Assembly: GCA_037134495.1 (NCBI GenBank)
Contig: JBAXMC010000002.1
Span: 1-46,478, forward strand
DNA length: 46,478 nt
Source of the DNA: Myxococcaceae bacterium
GTDB taxonomy: Bacteria > Myxococcota > UBA727 > JABDBI01
Direction: 5' to 3'
The notes beneath the pieces were generated by a model, which was given only the letters and a program-made list of their open reading frames with translations, had not been told where the DNA came from and made no database searches. Of this stretch, positions 17,923 through 25,283 are shown piece by piece. The position numbers and the translations under genes were made by a program. Each line of letters opens with the position of its first letter. Within the stretch, counting starts at the first letter, position 1.

Positions 17923-18716
17923 TCTACAAAAACCTCACCTTCAAAAACGTAACGGGCAGGGCCCTTCATCTGGATCTGTAAACCATGCGTGGTTGGACGA
18001 GCGGTGATATAAAGGTTTCCGCCCTTTAAGTGAACCGTTATTTCTTCATTTTCAGGTAATTGGTTTTGTGAAACGAGTATGGCAACCGAGGCACAAGCAC
18101 CTGTTCCGCAGGCCTCAGTCTCACCCACACCGCGTTCAAAGACCCTGATATTAATTTCATGTAGATTTTTAATCTGAACAAATTCTGTGTTGACACTGGG
18201 GTCTATTAACTCTGTTTGAACATCGCCTTCAAAAACCAAATGAGGATTTCCCATAGAGACACGATTTCCGGTGATTTGTGCGATGCCCATGTCTATAGAC
18301 CATTGTCCTGATTCGTAGGTACAAGTTTTGGGGCCTGCATCTGTTTGAATGACTGTTACAGAGTGACCCTGGTCATGAAGCCACTGGGCGACGCATCTGA
18401 TGCCGTTGCCGCACATTTCAGCAATACTGCCGTTTGCGTTGAATATGCGCATATGGACCTCACCCGTCACGCTGAGCGTGCCACCCTCTCCACCAAGTGG
18501 AGAGGGTAAATCTGATTTAATTCCCCTCTCCACTTGGTGGAGAGGGGTTAGGGGTGAGGTTTCCGAAAAAAACACAAAGATTAATCCATCTGCTCCAATG
18601 CCCAGGTGTCGATCGCAGAGATTTTTTACTTGCTGAGGTGTTAAACAGGGATTTTTAGAAATAAGAATAAAATCGTTGCCGAGGCCTTCGTATTTGTAAA
18701 ACGATGTTTTTGCCAT
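17919..18716 (-). CDS. dapF: Diaminopimelate epimerase carrying an in-frame 34-codon repeat-element insertion
   Basis: YEGLGNDFI, catalytic MCGNGIRC and ACGTGA motifs. There is an extra ~29-34 aa between GADGLIFV and HMRIFNANGS compared with E. coli DapF. Confidence 0.85.
   Translation of the reverse strand: MAKTSFYKYEGLGNDFILISKNPCLTPQQVKNLCDRHLGIGADGLIFVFFSETSPLTPLHQVERGIKSDLPSPLGGEGGTLSVTGEVHMRIFNANGSIAEMCGNGIRCVAQWLHDQGHSVTVIQTDAGPKTCTYESGQWSIDMGIAQITGNRVSMGNPHLVFEGDVQTELIDPSVNTEFVQIKNLHEINIRVFERGVGETEACGTGACASVAILVSQNQLPENEEITVHLKGGNLYITARPTTHGLQIQMKGPARYVFEGEVFVE
18458..18559 (-). repeat. Double-hairpin palindromic element (REP/MITE-like), 102 bp, in frame within dapF
   Basis: TIRs cctcaccc...ggggtgagg. 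Two perfect hairpins: ccctctccac-caa-gtggagaggg and cccctctccac-ttg-gtggagagggg. The first ~35 nt of its reverse complement are near-identical to 41949 onward. Confidence 0.85.
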
Positions 18717-18740
18717 ATAGAGACTACTTTAGGAGAGAGA

Positions 18741-19292
18741 ATGCATATTTGTAAATGGATCGGCTTTGTGAGTTTGCTATCACTGGGGGCTTGCGTGGCT
18801 CACATACAATCTCCGGTTATGACACAAAGTTGGGCAGCTCAGTCTTACTGGGTCAAGCAAAGCCTTTATGGCGGTCTTTTTTATGATGACGATCGCTACG
18901 GTTTGGTCAGTCCGGAGCCGTTTGAAAAGCTGACTTACTTAAAGAGTTTAGCTGGTGATTATATTATCCCGCCGCCTTCTACAGAGATTATTCTTTTTGG
19001 GACGAGGGTTCAGATCCAAAAAATCGAGTGGCCAACCGAGCAAAATATCATCAAAAGGCCTTTGCTGACTCCGCGTTATTTACCCTGGATCTATTTGACC
19101 GTTGCGCTCGATCGAGGAGCGGTGACGCTGAGTCGAGAGCGGACGTATGTGATGCTGGTTCCTGAAGAAATCAAATCAGAAAAAGCGCTGATGGACTGGT
19201 TTTTGAACTACTTTTCAAAACAGGACAATAACTTGTATTTTTTGAATCTCAGTCCCTCTGAACAGGAAGCGATTTTAAAACCTGCGAAATAG
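18741..19292 (+). CDS. Hypothetical lipoprotein
   Basis: Lipobox LLSLGA|C. Divergent from dapF with only a 24-nt spacer. Confidence 0.65.
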   Translation: MHICKWIGFVSLLSLGACVAHIQSPVMTQSWAAQSYWVKQSLYGGLFYDDDRYGLVSPEPFEKLTYLKSLAGDYIIPPPSTEIILFGTRVQIQKIEWPTEQNIIKRPLLTPRYLPWIYLTVALDRGAVTLSRERTYVMLVPEEIKSEKALMDWFLNYFSKQDNNLYFLNLSPSEQEAILKPAK

Positions 19293-19320
19293 CCTTGATG
19301 CTTGATGTGTTTCAAGTTTC

Positions 19321-19962
19321 ATGGTGGCTAACCAACTGATTGAGCAATATGGGTCTTTTGTTCGTTCGATTGCACGGCAGGTGAAAAAGTCTGTTTCTCC
19401 TCGAATCGAACTAGATGACTTGATCGCTTATGGCATGACAGGCTTGTTAGAAGCCGCTGAACGGTTTGATGAGAAGCAAGGGGCTAACTTTACGACTTTT
19501 AGCTATTATCGTGTTCGAGGGGCTATCTACGATGGTCTTCGGGGTATGGGTTGGGTCTCGCGCAATGAATACCAAAAAATTAGATTTGGCGAACAGGCAA
19601 ATGCTTATTTAGAAAACGCATCTGGAGCAAAGTCTGAAGATCTCGAAGATTTAGCTTCACAAGTCAATAGTTTGGTGACGATTTTTGTGACTTCTCTTGA
19701 AGGCCTGGAAAAGCAAGATTTTGAAGATACTAAGCTTCAGGCACAAGATGACAGGCTGTTAGAACTTGAACTCAAAAATACGCTTAAAAAAGCGCTTCTG
19801 AGATTACCTAAGGCTGATTTAGAGCTGATTACGCTTTATTATTTTAAAAACATGAGCTTGGAAGAAGTGGGCCAAAAAATCGGCCTTTCTAAATCCTGGA
19901 CCTGCCGTAAGCATGCTCAAGTGATAGAAAAGCTTGGGGCTTTGATGCGTGGGGCTTGCTAA
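19321..19962 (+). CDS. Sigma-70 family RNA polymerase sigma factor (FliA/sigma-28-like size and layout)
   Basis: Region 2: DLIAYGMTGLLEAAERFDEKQGANFTTFSYYRVRGAI. Region 4 HTH: YYFKNMSLEEVGQKIGLSKSWTCRKH. Confidence 0.75.
   Translation: MVANQLIEQYGSFVRSIARQVKKSVSPRIELDDLIAYGMTGLLEAAERFDEKQGANFTTFSYYRVRGAIYDGLRGMGWVSRNEYQKIRFGEQANAYLENASGAKSEDLEDLASQVNSLVTIFVTSLEGLEKQDFEDTKLQAQDDRLLELELKNTLKKALLRLPKADLELITLYYFKNMSLEEVGQKIGLSKSWTCRKHAQVIEKLGALMRGAC
19882..19957. repeat. 76-bp direct repeat copy 1 (3' end of the sigma gene)
   Basis: ggcctttctaaatcctggacc...gatgcgtggggctt is identical base-for-base to 20747..20822 (compared by eye). Confidence 0.9.
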
Positions 19963-20116
19963 AAATTATAAACCTTAGATCCCAGATCATTGTTTTGCTC
20001 GTGGTCGTTATCGAGTTCTCTGAGAATTTCTAGAAGTGATATCCATGTCTGCTTGAATTCTAGACCACCTATTTGAGCGCTTGTGCAACAATGTTCCCTT
20101 GTTTTTCTAAACTCAT
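19959..20116 (-). pseudogene. Probable AbiEii-type toxin gene remnant (truncated and out of frame)
   Basis: An ATG at 20114..20116 overlaps the AbiEi stop (ATGA coupling typical of abiEi-abiEii) but reads only MSLEKQGNIVAQALK*. A second frame (the 72-aa ORF) runs to the repeat boundary at 19959. There is no full-length partner gene. Confidence 0.35.
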
Positions 20117-20688
20117 GAGAATAGCTCCACATAAGGTAAAATTCGATAACCAATGTTAAGTTCAAGAGCCATTTCATAGATAGCTCCTATTGAAGTAAGA
20201 TTCTCATTGATAGCTCTCCGTAGGCTGTCAACGGCTACTTGACTTCCAATGATTTGTGGATGTGTGAATGCATCAGCGATTGTGCGTGGGATGTTCGTTA
20301 TCCAAAATCCTTGGCGCTTATCGATGCCAGCATTCCATTTTGGCGATCGTATCCTGACCAAATGCAAGCCTTGATGACGCGAAAGTTTTGAGTGAGGCAC
20401 CATGATCCAGGTTTTCTTTGGGATTTCATCTGTCAGATTGTAATATGATAAAGCGGATAACAGACAAATTGCAGAAGGTTCTCCAACCCAGAATGTTGCT
20501 ACTTTAAACCATTCTTCTTCTGAGATATCGCCAGCAGAAGCTCGAAAAACGCCTCGCCCCAGTCGTTCAAGGATTCCTTGAGTTAGCATTTGTTCAATTT
20601 GGTAACGAGAGACTCCATTTTCTTTAGCGTCAGAGGCTGAAAAGAGCCCTGTTCGCAACGATTCTGGTAACACATTCATATTACGCAT
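20113..20688 (-). CDS. AbiEi-family (type IV TA) antitoxin/transcriptional regulator
   Basis: N-terminal wHTH LFSASDAKENGVSRYQIEQMLTQGILERLGRGVFRA plus a C-terminal AbiEi_3-like region. Size ~190 aa. Confidence 0.7.
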   Translation of the reverse strand: MRNMNVLPESLRTGLFSASDAKENGVSRYQIEQMLTQGILERLGRGVFRASAGDISEEEWFKVATFWVGEPSAICLLSALSYYNLTDEIPKKTWIMVPHSKLSRHQGLHLVRIRSPKWNAGIDKRQGFWITNIPRTIADAFTHPQIIGSQVAVDSLRRAINENLTSIGAIYEMALELNIGYRILPYVELFS

Positions 20689-20689
20689 T

Positions 20690-20735
20690 TACATAAAGTA
20701 ACACAAAAATGAAATATGTGGTACTTTTTTACGTA
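20690..20735. promoter_or_regulatory. Imperfect inverted repeat upstream of abiEi (candidate autoregulatory operator)
   Basis: tacataaagtaacac ...13 nt... gtggtacttttttacgta. The arms are roughly complementary, with mismatches and a 3-nt indel. Confidence 0.25.
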
Positions 20736-20746
20736 GTCTGTTTTCT

Positions 20747-20822
20747 GGCCTTTCTAAATCCTGGACCTGCCGTAAGCATGCTCAAGTGATAGAAAAGCTT
20801 GGGGCTTTGATGCGTGGGGCTT
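20747..20822. repeat. 76-bp direct repeat copy 2 (orphan copy of the sigma gene 3' end)
   Basis: Identical to 19882..19957. It is followed by cgtga (would read ...GAS*), whereas the gene copy is followed by gctaa (...GAC*). Confidence 0.9.
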
Positions 20823-21225
20823 CGTGAAAATCAACTAAATTAGACGTTTTGGCCATTCCGGGCTTGCGCTTATGGGTCGAATGAGGCCAAGATCGGCCAA
20901 GGAGTTTTCTAATGGCACAGTTGCCGGTTGAAATACAGCTTACATCTGAAATGTGTAGGCACCAATCGATAATGTCCCCTTTGTTCCCGCATATTTTAGT
21001 CTGCGTACGCTAAAGCTTCGGCAGACAGGTCGCCGCCGTTAGCGGCTTCCCTGTTTTGAGCCTGTAAGGGCAGAGCTACTTGGTATACTCAGCGCTGATA
21101 ATGATTTTAGATCCAGATTTCAAAATTTACGCAAAGCTTTTTTCTTTTTTATTCCCCTAACCTGCTTATTTTTAAAGACTTTTAAAATTAAAAATTCTTT
21201 TTTCAACAAATCGTCTGGCACCTGT

Positions 21226-21234
21226 TGGTAGAAT
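21226..21234 (+). promoter_or_regulatory. Candidate extended -10 promoter (TGgTAGAAT) for the pilin gene
   Basis: TGGTAGAAT lies ~55 nt upstream of the ATG at 21290. GGAG Shine-Dalgarno 8 nt before the ATG. No good -35 element. Confidence 0.3.
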
Positions 21235-21289
21235 ATCAATAGGACGAAATCTGAATTCCTCAGATCTTACGTCCACAGAGGAGATTTCA

Positions 21290-21826
21290 ATGAGAAAAAT
21301 TAATTTGGTTATTCTTGGTCTTTCGATGATGGCTTCTAGCGTTTCTTTGGCTACAACTGACCTTAGTGCGGGCGAGAGTCTTAATTCGACTGGTCCCACT
21401 ACAGGAGCTTTTACTGTGACTGCTTCAAAGGTTTCCCCATGTACTATTACTGCGAGTAATTTTACTATTACAAACTCACATACTGCTCTAGATACGTATA
21501 CTGGTACTCAAGCGGTATCTGTTGATTGTACTGGTGGTGCTTCAACTCTTTCATCATTGTATGTTCGTGATGCCGACGGTAGTACAGGTAGTCTTGGCTT
21601 CGTACTGAGTAATACGACCAACAGAGCTACCGGTGCTGTTACATTAACTCCATCCGTGAGTTTGGGCGGATGTACTGCAAGCAGCGCTTTCACTGATGAA
21701 TCAACAAGTTTGTTTTCAGACTCGTCAGTAACCGGATGTACTTTGAATGTTGGTTGGAGTGTTGTTTCTACGAGCATGATAGATGCAGAGGCAGCTCAAT
21801 ATAAATTGTACGCTACATTTAACTAA
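21290..21826 (+). CDS. Secreted Thr/Ser-rich pilin, Csu/spore-coat-U (SCPU)-like major subunit
   Basis: Signal peptide ...SVSLA|T. Two Cys pairs (CTITAS...VDCTGG; GGCTAS...TGCTL). Located beside chaperone, usher and SCPU genes. Confidence 0.5.
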   Translation: MRKINLVILGLSMMASSVSLATTDLSAGESLNSTGPTTGAFTVTASKVSPCTITASNFTITNSHTALDTYTGTQAVSVDCTGGASTLSSLYVRDADGSTGSLGFVLSNTTNRATGAVTLTPSVSLGGCTASSAFTDESTSLFSDSSVTGCTLNVGWSVVSTSMIDAEAAQYKLYATFN

Positions 21827-21833
21827 CGATTAG

Positions 21834-22841
21834 CTACTGAATCTTGCTTTGGGCTCCTAGTGAGCCCAATTCTGTTTCTGCCATAATTAACACAGAGTTG
21901 CCTTTTTTAAATCCTGCTTGAATAGGTTTTGAAATCCACAACTGCCCATTATTGACGAGATTTGAATTGTTTGTATCTCGGTCACAAGAGATGGCTTTCC
22001 CTTGTGCATCTTCCAAACTTAGAGCTCTAATAGAAAATTGTTTGCCATCTTTAAAAGTAATTTTTACAGACAAACGGTCACCGACTGGTTGTACCGACCA
22101 AAATACTTCATAGGGTGAAGATTGTATCTTTAAGCTTACTTGAGAAATATCTTGAGTTGCAGGGTCTTCGTAACTGATTTTTATCGTGTCACCAACATTG
22201 AAACCCGCTTTAATTGGTTTTGAACCCCAGAATTCAGAACTCTGAGGAAGAATGCTTGAGTTTTTAGGAGGAATTAAGTCGATCGTTTGTGCTTTTTTGT
22301 TTTGTTCTATCGCTTCTATGGAAAGATCTTTAACTTTAAAGTGCCTGTTTCCTGAATTGGTTCCCTTAATCGAGAGAGAATTCCCCAGTCTTTCAGCTGC
22401 AAACTCCATTTTTGGATTGCTATCTTTGCTCATGAAGTATGCTGGAATAGAAAATGACATTGTCATCTGAGCCTGAGCGCCTTTTTTCTGTAAAAAAATT
22501 GTGGGCTGAGGAAGTTCATTCGTAATAATCCTGTAGCTTTCCTCTCCATTAATCGGAGTTGTTGCAACTCGAACTAGTCGAATTATCTGAGACCCTTTGG
22601 CAGGTACTTTGACAATAGGAGGAGTCGAAATGACATCTCGAGTAGGGGTTAGTATTTCTTGACCATCTTTTTGAGTCCATTTAAAGATTTGCACCTGCAG
22701 ATCTATCGAATTTAGTTTTTCTGAACTTAAAGTAAGTCGAGCTACCTTTTCTGGTGCGTAAACACTGATGTTGGTCGGGGACACGCTTAATGAGAAAGCG
22801 TTTGAAGCAACGAATAAGATAGATAGGACGATCTTCATCAT
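21834..22841 (-). CDS. PapD-like periplasmic pilus chaperone with tandemly duplicated C-terminal domain
   Basis: N-domain LSVSPTNISVYAPEKVARLTLSSEK...IFKW...PPIVKVPAKGSQIIRLV. Residues ~146-240 and ~247-335 are clear paralogous repeats (G(N/D)xLS(I/V)K...F(K/S)(V/I)(K/R)xLS(I/L)E...SKPI(K/Q)AGF..G...KIQ). Confidence 0.75.
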   Translation of the reverse strand: MMKIVLSILFVASNAFSLSVSPTNISVYAPEKVARLTLSSEKLNSIDLQVQIFKWTQKDGQEILTPTRDVISTPPIVKVPAKGSQIIRLVRVATTPINGEESYRIITNELPQPTIFLQKKGAQAQMTMSFSIPAYFMSKDSNPKMEFAAERLGNSLSIKGTNSGNRHFKVKDLSIEAIEQNKKAQTIDLIPPKNSSILPQSSEFWGSKPIKAGFNVGDTIKISYEDPATQDISQVSLKIQSSPYEVFWSVQPVGDRLSVKITFKDGKQFSIRALSLEDAQGKAISCDRDTNNSNLVNNGQLWISKPIQAGFKKGNSVLIMAETELGSLGAQSKIQ

Positions 22842-22925
22842 AGTTCCAAACTTTGCCTCAAACTCGACGTGAATGTCCAGAAAAAAAATTAGAAATATTT
22901 TGCTCGTGCGGTTGTTGAAGTATGT

Positions 22926-25283
22926 ATGTGTTTTGTTTTCAGACTCATACTGACAATTTTTCTAGGGTCGACGATGCTGTTTGGTCAAGTTGAACCAACT
23001 GCAGCTCCGCTTTACCTTGAAGTCGATTTAAATTCAGAAGAGACAGGGAAAGTCATACCGTTTATTATAGAACCCAAATCTTCGCCTATGGCCATGCGAA
23101 AAGATTTATTAGAGGCGGGTCTTGTTTTACCAACAAAAGGATCGCCGGATGAGTGGATCGACTTGGACTCTTTGCCTGGAGTTGATTACGAATACGATGC
23201 GACTCAGCAAAATATCAATATTATTGTCCCTGATAACTATCGTCACGTTAAAGTTTTTTCTAATAAATTAGGAGGACCCGTTGAAACAGATCCCTCTCTT
23301 ACAGGTGTCTATATTGACTATGTTTTAGGAGGAGGGACAGTGCTGGATGTTTCGAAAGGTGCATTTTCAGGGAATTCAGCTTCACTCAACCTTGATGCAA
23401 ATTTATTCTCGCCGTTTGGAACATTGACTCAAGGTGTGGCTATTTCTAATACCAATTTTGATAACACATCTTTAGCTCGACTCAATACGACTTGGATGTA
23501 TTCAACTTCAGAACATCAACTGACAGCGTCAGCGGGTGATTTTGTGAGTGGAAGCCTTAATTGGACACAGAGTATTCGTCTAGGCGGGTTACAACTTAGG
23601 CGAAATTTTGCCACGAGACCAAGTCAAGTCTTAATGTCATTGCCATCTTTGGCTGGCAGTGCCGCTGTGCCCTCTGTGGCTGAATTATTCGTGAATAATA
23701 AGCTCTATAATACACAGCCTGTTGGAAGCGGGCCTTTCATTCTTAATAATTTGCCGATGTTATCAGGTCCATCAGAAGTTAAGATGTTGGTGAAAGATGC
23801 CAATGGCAATATTCAAGAAATCAGCGGTAGTTTTTTCCCAAACTCTCAAATCCTTAAAAAAGGTTTGGTTGATTTTTCGCTTGATGCTGGTTTTGCACGT
23901 CGAAATTTTGGTGGCTTTTCTTTTGACTATGACCCCAGAATCGTTGGTAGTGGAAATTTGCGTTATGGTCTTATTGAACACTTGACGCTCGAAAGCCATA
24001 TTGAAGGCGGAGCAGGTTTGATCAATGGAGGACTTGCTTCTACGACGAATATTGTGCCCTACAACATATTGGGGTTGTCATTTAGTAATAGTTATTATGA
24101 ACAGCTGTATGGTCTTCAGGTGACGGGCAACTGGAGATTTTTGATGCACGGTTGGGGTCTCTACGCTTCTAGCAGTAGACGATTTTTTGATTACAGAAAC
24201 TTAGGTTTTGCGACGGCTCTTGCTTCTGTAACTCAGTCGAGCTTGCTGAACAGCTTGAATGGTTTAGCCCAGGACCAAGTGGGGCTGAGTTTTCCGAGTT
24301 TCAAAAATTTGAATGTTTCATTACAAGCTTTGCATACGATCTCATCGAATCAGCAAGAAATTTGGACAGTTTCGAGCAATCTAAACTATAAGATTTGGCG
24401 CTCAATTCAGCTAAGGGGCAATGCCTATATGCAGTTTGGCGATACGCGTCAGCTTGGCGTGTATCTGAGTCTCAATATTCCGCTGGGTCAGGCTTATAGT
24501 GGCAGCGTTGGGGGAGGTCTTTCTTCTCAGCAATTATCAGGTCAAGCACAACTGACGAAAGGCAATGGAGGAAATACAGGCGATCTCGGATGGCAGCTTT
24601 ATCACAATGAAAGCAGTGCTAATCGTTTAACTGGAGCTTGGGGTGTTTATAACTCACCCATTGGAATTCTGCAGGGAAGAACAGGCTTAACGTATCCAGC
24701 TCTTAATACGAATTTAAATCTGAATGGTTCTGTCGTGCTTGTTTCAGAAGGGTTGTTTATGGCTCCACCTGTTCGAAACAGCTTTGCTGTTGTAAAAACG
24801 GGAGGCAAAGGAATTATGGTCTCACGAAATGGTCGTTTGGTTGGCACTACCGGAAAGTCTGGGAAGTTGCTGGTTCCAGGGTTGATGCCTTTTAGACACA
24901 ATCAAATTACACTTAATCTAGACAATTTGCCGTTGATGGCAGAAATGCCTGAGACAGAAGCGGATGCTACTCCTAAAGATAAAACGGGTGTGCTGGTTAG
25001 TATGGGACAACTAAAAATGGTTGCCGGAGCGATTGTGATTCTGACGGACCCTTCTGGGAAGTTCTTACCCGTTGGTAACTCTGTGACGATTGGACAAAAT
25101 ACTGCTGAGTTGTTTACGGTAGGTGAAGGTGGGCAAGCTTACTTAACCGGTCTTGAAGAGCATAATCGAATTAGTTCATTTTTTGGAAAGACAGCTTGTA
25201 AGGCTGAGTTTGATTTCAAACCTGATCCTAATACTCAACAAGTTGTAGGGCCGATTGTTTGTAAGCCCGTGGAGCCTTTATGA
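22926..25283 (+). CDS. Fimbrial outer-membrane usher (Csu/sigma-type)
   Basis: 785 aa. N-terminal LYLEVDLNSEETGKVIPFI plug/NTD signature, a long beta-barrel region, and an ATGA-coupled downstream SCPU gene. The start codon is uncertain. Confidence 0.8.
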   Translation: MCFVFRLILTIFLGSTMLFGQVEPTAAPLYLEVDLNSEETGKVIPFIIEPKSSPMAMRKDLLEAGLVLPTKGSPDEWIDLDSLPGVDYEYDATQQNINIIVPDNYRHVKVFSNKLGGPVETDPSLTGVYIDYVLGGGTVLDVSKGAFSGNSASLNLDANLFSPFGTLTQGVAISNTNFDNTSLARLNTTWMYSTSEHQLTASAGDFVSGSLNWTQSIRLGGLQLRRNFATRPSQVLMSLPSLAGSAAVPSVAELFVNNKLYNTQPVGSGPFILNNLPMLSGPSEVKMLVKDANGNIQEISGSFFPNSQILKKGLVDFSLDAGFARRNFGGFSFDYDPRIVGSGNLRYGLIEHLTLESHIEGGAGLINGGLASTTNIVPYNILGLSFSNSYYEQLYGLQVTGNWRFLMHGWGLYASSSRRFFDYRNLGFATALASVTQSSLLNSLNGLAQDQVGLSFPSFKNLNVSLQALHTISSNQQEIWTVSSNLNYKIWRSIQLRGNAYMQFGDTRQLGVYLSLNIPLGQAYSGSVGGGLSSQQLSGQAQLTKGNGGNTGDLGWQLYHNESSANRLTGAWGVYNSPIGILQGRTGLTYPALNTNLNLNGSVVLVSEGLFMAPPVRNSFAVVKTGGKGIMVSRNGRLVGTTGKSGKLLVPGLMPFRHNQITLNLDNLPLMAEMPETEADATPKDKTGVLVSMGQLKMVAGAIVILTDPSGKFLPVGNSVTIGQNTAELFTVGEGGQAYLTGLEEHNRISSFFGKTACKAEFDFKPDPNTQQVVGPIVCKPVEPL

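Noticed and set aside
20990-21095. Three short resemblances to known RNAs. CAGACAGGTCGCCGC resembles the RNase P RNA 5' region. ACGCTAAAGCTTCGGC resembles the c-di-GMP-I (GEMM) ACGCAAAGCC junction. On the minus strand, a tmRNA-tag-like frame reads ...AANGGDLSAEALAYAD*.
   Set aside because: None of the other obligatory elements is present: no GGAAAGUCCGGGC P4 strand, no GNRA tetraloop/receptor pair, and no tRNA-like acceptor/T-arm or CCA-proximal end. The candidate pilin promoter also lies downstream of this segment. It is kept only as an unassigned region, pending an Rfam scan.
21216-21234. TGGCAC...TTGG looked like a sigma-54 (-24/-12) promoter upstream of the pilin gene.
   Set aside because: The spacing between the GG and the downstream element is about 2 nt too short. 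The -12 element reads TTGG rather than TTGC. An extended -10 (TGGTAGAAT) fits the same bases better.
21827-22925. Possibility that the inverted chaperone gene sits on an invertible (phase-variable) DNA segment.
   Set aside because: I could not find matching inverted repeats in the 7-nt (21827..21833) and 84-nt (22842..22925) flanks, and there is no nearby recombinase.
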